Origin: an uncultured Chitinophagaceae bacterium
Lineage (GTDB): Bacteria; Bacteroidota; Ignavibacteria; UBA10030; UBA8401
NCBI GenBank assembly: GCA_964361075.1
Contig: CAYHZL010000001.1
Location: 1-62,969 of the forward strand
DNA: 62,969 nucleotides
Direction: 5' to 3'
This document shows, in pieces, positions 1 through 9,517 of this stretch. The first letter of the stretch is position 1, and each line of letters opens with the position of its first letter. The position numbers and the translations under genes are program-made. The notes below the pieces were generated by a model, which saw nothing but the letters and a program-made list of their open reading frames with translations, was not told where the DNA came from and did no database searches.

Positions 1-71
1 GTTCTAAAAATTCAAAAAAAGTTCGCCGCGGCGAATACCGCAAAGTCGCTAAGTATTTATTATCATTTGTT

Positions 72-272
72 GTAACTACTCAGCGAAAATAACCCCACCC
101 TTTGTCCCTCCCCTTTTAGGGGAGGGAATATGTCCTCTCCCCCTAACAGGGGGAGAGAAAGAGAGGGGGTCGTATTTACAAAAGTGGAAAAGCTGAGCGA
201 AGCCATCACTTCGTGAAAAGAGTGAGTGATTCGCCGCGGCGAACGAATTTATAATTTGCCACACTGAGTAGC
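72..272. mobile_element. MITE-like mosaic element, family A (ends GTAACTACTCAG ... CTGAGTAGC)
   Basis: Imperfect terminal inverted repeats. An identical 11-bp direct repeat TATCATTTGTT flanks it at 61-71 and 273-283. The interior is a string of short GC-rich hairpins (CCCTCCCCTTTTAGGGGAGGG, CTCTCCCCCTAACAGGGGGAGAG) plus TTCGCCGCGGCGAA at 230-243. The track ORF 76..264 lies wholly inside and is judged spurious. Confidence 0.6.
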
Positions 273-392
273 TATCATTTGTTTATATTTTTTTCTTCGC
301 GCCTTTGTGTCTTTGCGGTGAAAAAAACTTAATCTTTGGAACCGCTCTTAAAAGAATCAACGGCTTTTGTTGTTTTCATATTTCTGAACACA

Positions 393-941
393 TCAAAAAA
401 TAAAATCTTCTTCAATCTCAGAAAAACGTTTCGCCAGCAAATCTTTTTCTGAAACCAATGGTTCTTGCACCTTCCAGTTTATTCCAAGTGTTGAATCATT
501 AAAAAGAATTGCTCGCTCATCAGCCTTACTATATGGCGCAGTGCACTTGTACATAAAAACTGCCTCGTCGGAAAGAACGGAAAATCCATGCGCAAATCCC
601 GGCGGTATCCACAGTTGTAAATGATTTTCTTCCGAAAGCTCAATATCGAAATGTTTGCCGAATGTGGGTGACCCGAATCGAATGTCAACGGCAACATCTA
701 ATACTTTGCCGCTCAGCACCTGACACAATTTTCCTTGCGCATTCGCACCCGCTTGGTAGTGAAATCCGCGCACTGTTCCCTTTTTCGATTTTGAAATATT
801 GTCTTGTACAAATGAAAAGTCGCCAAGTAACTCTTTGTATTTTTTTTCACTGAATGTTTCAAAAAAATACCCGCGTGAATCGTGAAAAACATCCGGTTGT
901 AACACTAGTACACCGCGAAGCGGCGTGATATCTGTTTTCAT
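393..941 (-). CDS. rfbC: dTDP-4-dehydrorhamnose 3,5-epimerase
   Basis: 182-aa ORF with RmlC cupin motifs (FHDSRGYFFETF, VRGFHYQ, IPPGFAHGF). It is next to rfbA. Confidence 0.93.
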   Translation of the reverse strand: MKTDITPLRGVLVLQPDVFHDSRGYFFETFSEKKYKELLGDFSFVQDNISKSKKGTVRGFHYQAGANAQGKLCQVLSGKVLDVAVDIRFGSPTFGKHFDIELSEENHLQLWIPPGFAHGFSVLSDEAVFMYKCTAPYSKADERAILFNDSTLGINWKVQEPLVSEKDLLAKRFSEIEEDFIF

Positions 942-1000
942 ATTTTTATTTCTCTATTGGGTTTAATACCCCGACGTTACAAAGTGATCTGGCGAAGCCA

Positions 1001-1108
1001 TTCGCCGTGGCGAACCTTCGGGACTTGCGTCGTCATTCCCGTCCCAAAGGGATCCCTTCGGGACTTGCTTTTGGCGGGAATCTATTTGTGGATATTCGCC
1101 GCGGCGAA
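1001..1108. repeat. Cluster of short palindromic modules between rfbC and rfbA
   Basis: Contains the variant TTCGCCGTGGCGAA (1001-1014), the direct repeat CCTTCGGGACTTGC (1015-1028 and 1055-1068), the palindrome GTCCCAAAGGGATCCCTTCGGGAC (1041-1064) and a perfect TTCGCCGCGGCGAA (1095-1108). Confidence 0.7.
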
Positions 1109-1145
1109 CATGACGAAGATACCTCGCTGCTTGCGGCGGGGAGCT

Positions 1146-2009
1146 TCATTCTTCGCGCAGAATTCTTTCGAGATAGGAACGATATAATGATGTAGGAATA
1201 CTGTCCACTAATTTTTCAAATTCCAGATGTGAAATAAATTTCATGTGATAGGCAATTTCTTCTATGCATGCAACTTTCAAACCTTGACGCTCTTCGATGA
1301 CACCGAAAAAATTTGATGCTTGCAGTAACGCATCCGGCGTTCCGGTATCTAACCACGCAACACCGCGCCCAATTTTTTCAACGCGGAGTTTTTTCGTCTC
1401 CATATATTTTCTATTCACATCGGTAATTTCAAGTTCGCCGCGCGACGAGGGTTGAATATTTTTTGCAACGTCCACGACCTGGTTATCATAAATGTATAAA
1501 CCCGGTACTGCATAATTGGATTTCGGTTTGAGTGGTTTCTCTTCAATGGAAATTGCTTTCCCTTCTTTGTCGAATTCAACAACACCGTACCGCTCAGGAT
1601 CATTGACACGATACCCGAACACAGTTGCGCCGTCGGTTCGTTTCAATGCAGAGTACATGAAATCAAGATTTCCATAAAAAATATTGTCACCAAGAATTAA
1701 TGTTGACGCATCGTTGCCGATAAACTGTTCGCCGATTAAAAACGATTGCGCAATTCCATTCGGTGCATCCTGTACTGCATAGTGGATATTCAATCCAAGA
1801 TGAGCGCCATCCTGAAACAACAGTTGGTACAGAGGGATTGTTTCTTTGTTTGAAATAATGAGTATATCCTTAATGCCGCCGAGCATTAAAATAGAAAGCG
1901 GATAGTAAATAAGTGGTTTGTCATAGATAAGTGTGAGCTGCTTGCTGTACACTTTGGTAATCGGATACAGACGTGAACCGGAACCGCCGGCGAGAACAAT
2001 ACCTTTCAT
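1146..2009 (-). CDS. rfbA: glucose-1-phosphate thymidylyltransferase
   Basis: 287 aa with the N-terminal MKGIVLAGGSGSRLYPIT nucleotidyltransferase loop. RmlA-like over its full length. Confidence 0.95.
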   Translation of the reverse strand: MKGIVLAGGSGSRLYPITKVYSKQLTLIYDKPLIYYPLSILMLGGIKDILIISNKETIPLYQLLFQDGAHLGLNIHYAVQDAPNGIAQSFLIGEQFIGNDASTLILGDNIFYGNLDFMYSALKRTDGATVFGYRVNDPERYGVVEFDKEGKAISIEEKPLKPKSNYAVPGLYIYDNQVVDVAKNIQPSSRGELEITDVNRKYMETKKLRVEKIGRGVAWLDTGTPDALLQASNFFGVIEERQGLKVACIEEIAYHMKFISHLEFEKLVDSIPTSLYRSYLERILREE

Positions 2010-2048
2010 GTATCTCCTAATAAATAATTCGAAAATAATTTCCGTTTA

Positions 2049-2200
2049 TAACTACTCACTTCAAATTATAAAACATTAGCCACGGATTGCACAGGAAAAA
2101 CGTGGATTCACACAGGAAATGTAATCGGTGAATATCTGTGTTGTTACCGTGTTATTTGTGGTTAATTTCATTTAAACTCAATAATGCGTTGAGTAATTAC
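2049..2200. mobile_element. MITE-like mosaic element, family A variant (TAACTACTCAC ... GTTGAGTAATTAC)
   Basis: Imperfect terminal inverted repeats, flanked by the 9-bp direct repeat TTCCGTTTA (2040-2048 and 2201-2209). The interior carries CACGGAT/CTGTGTT-type modules that also occur at 13500-13600, 40520-40560 and 45960-46000. Confidence 0.55.
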
Positions 2201-2299
2201 TTCCGTTTAATATAATGTTTTTTTTCTTTCGACCAAAAAGAAGTTCAATTGCAAGAAGGTCTTTTTTTGTGTATCATTGAATCAAAAAAAAGAGAAAAA

Positions 2300-2935
2300 A
2301 TGTTTCTATCGTTTGAAGGACTTGATGGCAGCGGTAAAACCACGCAGGCAAAATTATTACAAGAAAAATTAGTTGCAGAACAATACACTGTTCAATTTTT
2401 ACGAGAACCCGGCGGCACGGAAATTTCCGAACGCATCCGCGATATTTTGTTAGATAAAAAACATCTTGGCATGACGGAAATTGCTGAACTTTTACTTTTC
2501 TCCTCTGCACGAACACAATTAGTAACACAAGTTATTCAACCCGCACTTGAAAAACAGACTATTGTTTTATGCGATCGCTTTGTAGATTCAACTACAGCAT
2601 ATCAAGGATACGGGCGCGGGCTGCAACTTGATGCAGTAAAAACAATCAATGCGTTCGCCACGTGCGGTGTCCTTCCGCACAAAACTTTTTTTATAGATAT
2701 TCCTGTTGATGAAATGTATCGGCGCCGCACGGCAAATAATTTAAGTGTTGATAGAATGGAAATGAGCAGTAAAGAATTTTACGAGCGTGTTCGCAACGGC
2801 TACCATGCCATCGCGAAAGAAGAACCACACCGCTTCATCATCATTAACGGCATGCAGAATGTTGAAACTATTCACCAAGAAATCTATTTGCATGTGCGAG
2901 CAGTTCTACTTCAACTTCACACACATGGTACATAA
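2300..2935 (+). CDS. tmk: thymidylate kinase
   Basis: P-loop FEGLDGSGKTTQ and a DRF(V)DS motif. The start is moved to the ATG at 2300, because the track start 2249 is a TTG that adds 17 unconserved residues. Confidence 0.9.
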   Translation: MFLSFEGLDGSGKTTQAKLLQEKLVAEQYTVQFLREPGGTEISERIRDILLDKKHLGMTEIAELLLFSSARTQLVTQVIQPALEKQTIVLCDRFVDSTTAYQGYGRGLQLDAVKTINAFATCGVLPHKTFFIDIPVDEMYRRRTANNLSVDRMEMSSKEFYERVRNGYHAIAKEEPHRFIIINGMQNVETIHQEIYLHVRAVLLQLHTHGT

Positions 2936-3059
2936 CCACTTCATCTTTTGTATCTCGTTGGGTGTGAGAAAAAATTTACTACAAAAAAACGTATCTGCTG
3001 CACATAAAATTGGTTGAGTTGGCTGGTGTTGAAGGATTACGGAGGAGTTCGAATAATAT

Positions 3060-6000
3060 TTACTTAACAATATTTCTTTCTTGTAGTTTTCTATATACCT
3101 CTGCGCCTAGATATGAAGCAACAACTTTTTGGAATGATGGATCATTCATATATCGAGCAAATATTTCTTCGTTTTGATCCATTCGCTCGATAAAAAGCGT
3201 ATCTAGCAAACTTTGGAAAACAAGGGCAAATTTATCTTGGGGATTAACTTTTTGTGCTTGTTGAATATTTGTATTCAACAACGCAGCTTCAACAAGTTGA
3301 TCAAAGAATAATTGATCCGCCTCTGTAAAATCAGTTCCGAAACGTTCATTGATTAAATAAATAAGTTTAGAAAGGGCTACCTGTGCTTCACGAACGAGAC
3401 CACTTCCAACTTCTTGAGGACCATCGAGAGGTTTCGCAATTCCATCTTTCAAACTGATTGAGCCTTCACTTATTTTTTGTAAACGATAATATTCAAGTTT
3501 TATTTCTTCATCAAAATTATATTGTACACTATTTCGTCGCTTCGGTAGTTTACGAATTAAATGTCGGATGAACGTATAACTTTTTTCTAAATCTGAATCT
3601 TGATAAGGTATTATTTGACTTAAAAAAGCATAGAGATTTCTAAATGCGCCAAATTTACCTCGTAAGAGTTCTGCTTCATTTTCATCTTTATCCATTAATT
3701 GTCGAAATCTATTTACCGCAGGATCAAGAACAGCATTCATAGTTTGGTGATCTAACGGGCTTTGACGCAGCTTAGGCTTAAAATATACCTCGCAAAACTT
3801 ATTTACTTCCTCTGCAAGATAAATACCAGAAGTATCCAATTCAGATTTTATTTCATATAACCGAGATGGTTCTACTTCTTCACCCATCTCCGCTCCCTCA
3901 TAATATTGTTTAAATGCTTCTTGTATTTCTTCTCGTTCATTTACAAAATCAAGAATAAATGTTTCTTCTTTTAACGGATGAACACGATTTAATCGTGATA
4001 ATGTTTGAACTACCTGTAATCCGGAAAGCCTTTTATCAACATACATAGTATGTAACAACGGCTGATCAAATCCTGTTTGATATTTTTCAGCAACTAACAA
4101 TACCTGATACTCACTTGATGAGAACTTATCTGGCAGTTCTTTTTGTTTTATCCCGTTGTTCATTCCTTCTTCTGTGTAACTTACATCTGATAATTTATCG
4201 TCTTGTACAGTTCCAGAAAATGCTACCAACGTTTTAATTGTATAGCCTTTTTCTTTGATATATAAATCAAAACTTTGCTTATATCGTACTGCTTCTAAAC
4301 GAGAACCTGTTACCACCATTGCTTTGGCTTTTCCACCAATCTTATGGCGAGTAAACGTATTAAAATGCTCAACCATAATTTCAGTTTTTTGAGCAATGTT
4401 GTATGGATGAAGTCGCATAAATCGTGTTAATGCTTTTGCCGCTTTCTTTCGCTCTACATTCGGATCATCTTCACTCGCTTTCAATAACTTGTAATATATT
4501 TTATAGGTTGTATAATTCTTCAAGACATCGATAATAAAATTTTCTTCTATTGCTTGATGCATTGTATATCTATGAGAAGGTTCTCCATTTTGTCCAAATA
4601 TTGCGAGAGTCTTATATTTGGGTGTGGCAGTAAAAGCAAAGAAACTAATATTATCTTGCTTCCCTCGTTTAGCCATACTCCGATATAGCTCTTCCCACTT
4701 CTCCGCTTGATCTTCTTCAGCTTTTTTCTTTGCCTCTTCAACTAAATCTTCTCCGCCTAAAACTTCTTTTAAATCAGTGGATGTTTCGCCTGACTGCGAA
4801 CTATGTGCTTCGTCAATAATTACCGCAAGTTTTCTTGTCGGTAAAACACCTGTGCTTTGTTCTCCTCGTTCTTCAGCTAATTTTATTATTTGCTTCGAGA
4901 CATGAGGAAATTTTTGCAGTGTTGTAATAATAATTGGTATGCGGTTTTCTAATGCCTCTGCAAGTTGGCGCGTATGTTCGTCAATTTTTTGCACGACACC
5001 TTGACGATGATCGAATTGATACACTGTATCCTGTAATTGCTGATCTAATACTACTCTATCAGTGACAACAACGACACTATCAAACACTCTTTCATTCTTG
5101 TCTGTATGAAGATTGCTTAAACGATGAGCAAGCCAACCAATGGTATTACTCTTCCCACTGCCAGCGGAATGTTCAATTAAATAATTATTTCCCGGACCAT
5201 CTACTCTTGCAGAATTTACTAAATAGTTAACTGCCTGAAGTTGATGATATCTCGGAAAGATCAAAGTTTCTTTTTTTATTTTCCGTCCGTCGTCAGTTCG
5301 TTTTTCTTCAATTTGTAAATGGATGAAACGCGCAAGTAGTTCAAGCAAACTATCCTTTTGTAAAACTTCTTCCCAAAGATAAGCTGTTTTGTATGTTCGT
5401 CCTTGAGGATCAATTGGATTTCCTGCCCCACCATTGCAACCTTTATTGAAAGGAATAAAATGCGTTGCACTTCCGGCAAGTCTCGTTGTCATAAAAACCG
5501 ATTCAGTATCTACGGCAAAATGCACAAGTGAACATCTCTTAAATTCAAATATTGGTTCGTGTTGGTCGCGGTCAAAACGATACTGATGGATTGCATTCTC
5601 CACAGTTTGACCAGTTAAAGGATTCTTCAACTCAATAGTAGCAATCGGAATTCCATTAAGACTAAGAACAACATCGAGCGAGTTTTTATTTCTTGTGCTA
5701 TAGTGTAACTGGCGGGTAATTCCTAATCGGTTTGCGGCATACCGTTCTTCAAGTTCCGGATTTAAACCGTGAGCAGCTTTAAAGTATGCTACCCTAAGTG
5801 TTCTTCCATAACATTTAAAACCATGGCGTAACGTTGCAAGACTTCCATTCGCATCCATCCATTTGCAGAGGTCATAAATTATCTGTTCCCCTGTTTTTTC
5901 TCCATGCAATGCTTCAAGCTTTGACCATTCTTTGAATTGGGTAGATTGAATAAACTGAATTACTTCGGTTGGAAATATTCCTTTTTCGGCATCATATAAA

Positions 6001-6110
6001 CTTTTTTCAATTGAAGTAAATCCATTATCAAGTAAAACTAATTCAATAACAGACTCAAAAGCTGCTTCGGAATATCGGTTTGGAGTTTGAACAGTTTCAT
6101 TTTGCGGCAT
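3060..6110 (-). CDS. hsdR: Type I restriction enzyme R subunit
   Basis: 1016 aa. It has an N-terminal nuclease-like D...ELK motif (DVVLSLNGIPIATIELK), Walker A AGSGKSNT, a DEAH box (IIDEAHSSQ) and a long helical C-terminal region. Its start overlaps the upstream gene by 14 nt. Confidence 0.93.
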   Translation of the reverse strand: MPQNETVQTPNRYSEAAFESVIELVLLDNGFTSIEKSLYDAEKGIFPTEVIQFIQSTQFKEWSKLEALHGEKTGEQIIYDLCKWMDANGSLATLRHGFKCYGRTLRVAYFKAAHGLNPELEERYAANRLGITRQLHYSTRNKNSLDVVLSLNGIPIATIELKNPLTGQTVENAIHQYRFDRDQHEPIFEFKRCSLVHFAVDTESVFMTTRLAGSATHFIPFNKGCNGGAGNPIDPQGRTYKTAYLWEEVLQKDSLLELLARFIHLQIEEKRTDDGRKIKKETLIFPRYHQLQAVNYLVNSARVDGPGNNYLIEHSAGSGKSNTIGWLAHRLSNLHTDKNERVFDSVVVVTDRVVLDQQLQDTVYQFDHRQGVVQKIDEHTRQLAEALENRIPIIITTLQKFPHVSKQIIKLAEERGEQSTGVLPTRKLAVIIDEAHSSQSGETSTDLKEVLGGEDLVEEAKKKAEEDQAEKWEELYRSMAKRGKQDNISFFAFTATPKYKTLAIFGQNGEPSHRYTMHQAIEENFIIDVLKNYTTYKIYYKLLKASEDDPNVERKKAAKALTRFMRLHPYNIAQKTEIMVEHFNTFTRHKIGGKAKAMVVTGSRLEAVRYKQSFDLYIKEKGYTIKTLVAFSGTVQDDKLSDVSYTEEGMNNGIKQKELPDKFSSSEYQVLLVAEKYQTGFDQPLLHTMYVDKRLSGLQVVQTLSRLNRVHPLKEETFILDFVNEREEIQEAFKQYYEGAEMGEEVEPSRLYEIKSELDTSGIYLAEEVNKFCEVYFKPKLRQSPLDHQTMNAVLDPAVNRFRQLMDKDENEAELLRGKFGAFRNLYAFLSQIIPYQDSDLEKSYTFIRHLIRKLPKRRNSVQYNFDEEIKLEYYRLQKISEGSISLKDGIAKPLDGPQEVGSGLVREAQVALSKLIYLINERFGTDFTEADQLFFDQLVEAALLNTNIQQAQKVNPQDKFALVFQSLLDTLFIERMDQNEEIFARYMNDPSFQKVVASYLGAEVYRKLQERNIVK

Positions 6111-6690
6111 AGGATTTTAACCAAGAAAATTCATTAAGACGTTTCCACGCAATTTTGATATGTTCAGGTTTAAATGTTTTTCTCTTATAGTCACTCCAAC
6201 CATGAACAGCTTTTACAGCAAGATCGCTATCGGAAGTTATTTTTGAATCTTCAACGCCAAGCCAATGCACAGTGGAAAGAAGTTCAAGTCCGTACGGTGT
6301 TTCAAAACCTTCAATAAAATCCGTTACTGTTTCTAATCGTACCTGGGTTGTTACATTGTCTTTCAAAATTTCTTTTGCTTCTTCAACAGCATGTGGAAGC
6401 AATTGTATCAACGCCTCTCGGGTTCTGTCACCATATCCGGAAATAAAATGTCCGTCAAGTCTTTGTAACCAATGTTGAAGGTTTTCCGCATACGGTCCGT
6501 ATTTATGTTTTACAAATTGTAAATTCATCGGTTCGCCGATAACTTGCAAAAAATAAACTAACTTTTGTATTTCAAGCATCGAAAGACGATATCCGGGAAT
6601 ACAGTACCGTTCAATTGTCAAGATCAATACCGTAATGAAAGATTGTTCTATTGAATATTTTTTTTGATCTTTTATTGAAATATTTTTCAT
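6097..6690 (-). CDS. Panacea/DUF4065 (SocA-like antitoxin domain)-like protein
   Basis: 197 aa. The segment LSMLEIQKLVYFLQVIGEPMNLQFVKHKYGPY fits my recollection of the Panacea core pattern (K-L-x-K-L-h-Y ... G-x-P ... F ... Y-G-P). Needs HMM confirmation. Confidence 0.5.
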   Translation of the reverse strand: MKNISIKDQKKYSIEQSFITVLILTIERYCIPGYRLSMLEIQKLVYFLQVIGEPMNLQFVKHKYGPYAENLQHWLQRLDGHFISGYGDRTREALIQLLPHAVEEAKEILKDNVTTQVRLETVTDFIEGFETPYGLELLSTVHWLGVEDSKITSDSDLAVKAVHGWSDYKRKTFKPEHIKIAWKRLNEFSWLKSYAAK

Positions 6691-6700
6691 CCAGCGGTAC

Positions 6701-7210
6701 CTAGTTTTCTAATATAAAACGAGTTTCTAATTTTCTTAGCATTTCAAAAGTATCCCGATACTGTACATTAAATGCCACACATACGTTAGGAATAGGAACT
6801 TTCTTTCTCGCTTCCGGAGCAAGAACTTCGTGAGTAACAAGAATCATTTTTTTCGCTTTTGCATAAGCTATTAACCACGCATCAACACCGTTAACAAATT
6901 CGGCTTTTGCTTCCTGACTAAATTGTTGGTTTTGTACCCAACGAACTACTTCAGCAAAGCAATTAACAACGGCATTTTCGTTTGTAATTCCGAAAAATGT
7001 ATCAGGCAGTATGGAGGTTGCCCACTCAGTCAGATCATCTTTTCCACGTTCCAACTCGTTTTTCACACGATCTATACTGCATAGGCGTGTATTTGTTTGA
7101 TGAAGAATCAATGCGTCCCAAAATCCCGGACAAAGATCAAATGCGTAGTAACGGCGTTTCGCTTCAATAAAAACGTTTGCGTCAAGAAGATATGTTTCAT
7201 GATTTGGCAT
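6701..7210 (-). CDS. DUF4411 family PIN-like putative nuclease
   Basis: 169 aa. The N-terminus YLLDANVFIEAKRRYYAFDLCPGFWDAL matches the remembered DUF4411 signature (LD-x-N-x-FI-x-AK-x-x-YY-x-FD-x-x-P-x-FW). It lies 3 nt downstream of an ImmA/IrrE gene, which is the usual partner. Confidence 0.6.
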   Translation of the reverse strand: MPNHETYLLDANVFIEAKRRYYAFDLCPGFWDALILHQTNTRLCSIDRVKNELERGKDDLTEWATSILPDTFFGITNENAVVNCFAEVVRWVQNQQFSQEAKAEFVNGVDAWLIAYAKAKKMILVTHEVLAPEARKKVPIPNVCVAFNVQYRDTFEMLRKLETRFILEN

Positions 7211-7213
7211 TTT

Positions 7214-8362
7214 TTATTTTCTTAATTCAAGCGATTCGGAATATTTATCAAACGTGTTTCCATAAAGACCTGTCAGTTGATACGCTTCACGATAGAGTAA
7301 ACGTCCCTCCTTCGCCGCGCGCATTACAGCGTATGCAAATCTTTTTCCAACACGAACATTTTGAGTATTGTAAAAATCCCCGCCATCAGATTTTTTCAAC
7401 GCCTTGCGTCTTTCATCTTTTAAATAATTTTCATAGAAAACGATGAAACGATTACGGGTGATAAGACCGAGATCAATGGCACGGCGAGCGATGACGAGCG
7501 TACTTACTTTAAATTGCCGGGCAAGCGTTTGAAAAGGATCATCGGTGCGTATGGCTTGTTGCCAAGATGCACGTAATTCTCTTTCCGGAACTAAAAACTC
7601 TGCTGCTACATGATTACAAAACTTTTCCACCTCATTATCAATCGCTTCTAAAGCATGTAAGTTAAATACACCACTTTGACCGAGCCAAACATGACCCAAT
7701 TCGTGCGCAATAGTAAACATTTGTGCAGACTTATAATCTGCCCCATTGATAAAAATAAGTGGCGCATATTCATCCTTAAGGATAAAACCGCGGAATTCTT
7801 CCGTATCGAGTTTACGGGAATTATTATTCTCAACAACACTGGTAATTGTAATTAAAATTCCGGCACGTTCCACCGATTCTCTTAATGCTGTCAGTGCTTC
7901 AGTCCATGTAGAATATTGATTCGCCCATCCTTCGTTCATCCCGAGAACTCTGCGAATACTTACAACAGTTTCGGCTATTCCTGTAGTAAGTGTAACAGAA
8001 CCAACAAACGACAACGGATATTCTTTCTCTTCAATAAGAAAATCTCTCATCCAGTTCTGTCTTCGCTGCATTATTTGAACGGTTTCTAAGAGATTCGGAC
8101 TTGGACGAAGAACCGGTTGATCTCTTATTGTTCGAAAGTCAGGAATTGGCAACCGGTCATCCGGAGGCTCAGATAAGAAAAAAAAGCCGAGCGGTGTTAG
8201 TGTCTTCTTCGCAAGATTTTCAAGTTGACGCAGTGTTGGTTGGAGATTACCATTTTCCCACTCCGCAAACTTAGGAAATCGTTCCATTAAAGCATCAACT
8301 GTAAGTCCGGCACGCTCGCGCGCCCATCGAATAAGTTCTCTATTTATTGCAACTGTACTCAT
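7214..8362 (-). CDS. XRE-type HTH fused to an ImmA/IrrE (COG2856, M78) zinc metallopeptidase
   Basis: 382 aa. It has an N-terminal HTH (LIRWARERAGLTVDALMERF...LRQLENLAKKT) and a central HEXXH motif (TIAHELGHVWLG). Confidence 0.8.
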   Translation of the reverse strand: MSTVAINRELIRWARERAGLTVDALMERFPKFAEWENGNLQPTLRQLENLAKKTLTPLGFFFLSEPPDDRLPIPDFRTIRDQPVLRPSPNLLETVQIMQRRQNWMRDFLIEEKEYPLSFVGSVTLTTGIAETVVSIRRVLGMNEGWANQYSTWTEALTALRESVERAGILITITSVVENNNSRKLDTEEFRGFILKDEYAPLIFINGADYKSAQMFTIAHELGHVWLGQSGVFNLHALEAIDNEVEKFCNHVAAEFLVPERELRASWQQAIRTDDPFQTLARQFKVSTLVIARRAIDLGLITRNRFIVFYENYLKDERRKALKKSDGGDFYNTQNVRVGKRFAYAVMRAAKEGRLLYREAYQLTGLYGNTFDKYSESLELRK

Positions 8363-8404
8363 ATAACTATAAAATACCCAATTTTTATTTTGGCTACAAG
8401 TTAG

Positions 8405-9517
8405 CTAATTTATCTCCAACTTTCCTGTTACCGCTTCCGAGATTAATGATGATCGGCGTTCGTTCAACAATTCAATTGATTGTGCGGTTTTTCTTTTAAT
8501 AGATTCAATTTTTTGCAATTGAAAATTAAGAACTGAAACAATTTCATTTTGTTCATCATAAGGTGGTATGGGAATATGAAGATTTTTAATAGCATCTACC
8601 GAAAGCCCAGGTTGAGCGGCAGATTGAGAATATTGATTCAAATTCATTATTCGAAGAAGTTCTCCCAGCCAAGTAACATTTTGTTGACCTTTCAGCGTAA
8701 CAACAACCGCATGCTCAGAAGCCCAAAATTTCCCGTCAGCATAGTTTATGTTACCACAAAGTGCTCCTTGTCTTCCTATAAGCACATAATCACCTTCATA
8801 CAAAAAAGAATTTGTATATCCTCGTAAACCATTACCACCATAAACAGGATAATCTCCTTCTTCATGAATATCTTCTGGAGAGATGAAATCACCGCTTTGT
8901 AAAGACGCAATATATTTCATCTTCTTCATTTCCCAATGTTCCGGAATCTTTCCTAACCACTCAATACCAGAGTCTTTATAATTAACATTGGGATTAATAC
9001 CACGAGTAACAGCATTTGTTATTATTGCTCTACGTTTTTCTTCTAACAATTCGAGTTGTCGTTCTTTGGCGTTTATGAGTGAATCAATTCGAACGGTTTC
9101 ACGGTCGAGATAATTTGCAATGGCTTGTTGTTCAGAAAGCGTCGGGACTAATATATATTTTTCATATGCTGTCTCTCGACTTAACCCTGGAACAGCTGTT
9201 TCATTAGAATTACGATCTAATTCTAATGTTTGTATTACATGATAAATCCAACGTAAATTATTTTTAGTTGTAGAATTATCAATGAAAAATGTTGTATCTG
9301 AGGCAAAACAAGGCTCGGAAGTCCAATTAACTTTACCGTAAGATCCTTTACGGCCAATTATAATAGCAGGTGAACTTGTATTTGATTTACCAAATCGAGT
9401 AAACGATCCATTTGAACCATAGACCAAAAACTCACCGTCGCCAGAATTATCTGTGGGTAAAGCATCTCCATATGCAAACGATGTTACATATTTTAAACGC
9501 ATTCTTTGCAGATTCAC
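8405..9517 (-). CDS. hsdS: Type I R-M specificity subunit
   Basis: 370 aa with two target-recognition halves. Each half is followed by a conserved helical spacer (LSEQQAIANYLDRETVRIDSLI... and YDEQNEIVSVLNFQLQKIESIK...). It overlaps hsdM by 4 nt. Confidence 0.85.
   Translation of the reverse strand: MNLQRMRLKYVTSFAYGDALPTDNSGDGEFLVYGSNGSFTRFGKSNTSSPAIIIGRKGSYGKVNWTSEPCFASDTTFFIDNSTTKNNLRWIYHVIQTLELDRNSNETAVPGLSRETAYEKYILVPTLSEQQAIANYLDRETVRIDSLINAKERQLELLEEKRRAIITNAVTRGINPNVNYKDSGIEWLGKIPEHWEMKKMKYIASLQSGDFISPEDIHEEGDYPVYGGNGLRGYTNSFLYEGDYVLIGRQGALCGNINYADGKFWASEHAVVVTLKGQQNVTWLGELLRIMNLNQYSQSAAQPGLSVDAIKNLHIPIPPYDEQNEIVSVLNFQLQKIESIKRKTAQSIELLNERRSSLISEAVTGKLEIN

Noticed and set aside
76-264. 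Track ORFs lying inside repeat elements (76..264, 957..1187, 1007..1195, 14182..14364, 22598..22855, 28817..29131, 28864..29067)
   Set aside because: They are composed of palindromic repeat sequence and have low-complexity G/P/R-rich translations with alternative start codons. The same sequence occurs in both orientations elsewhere, so they are not credible genes.
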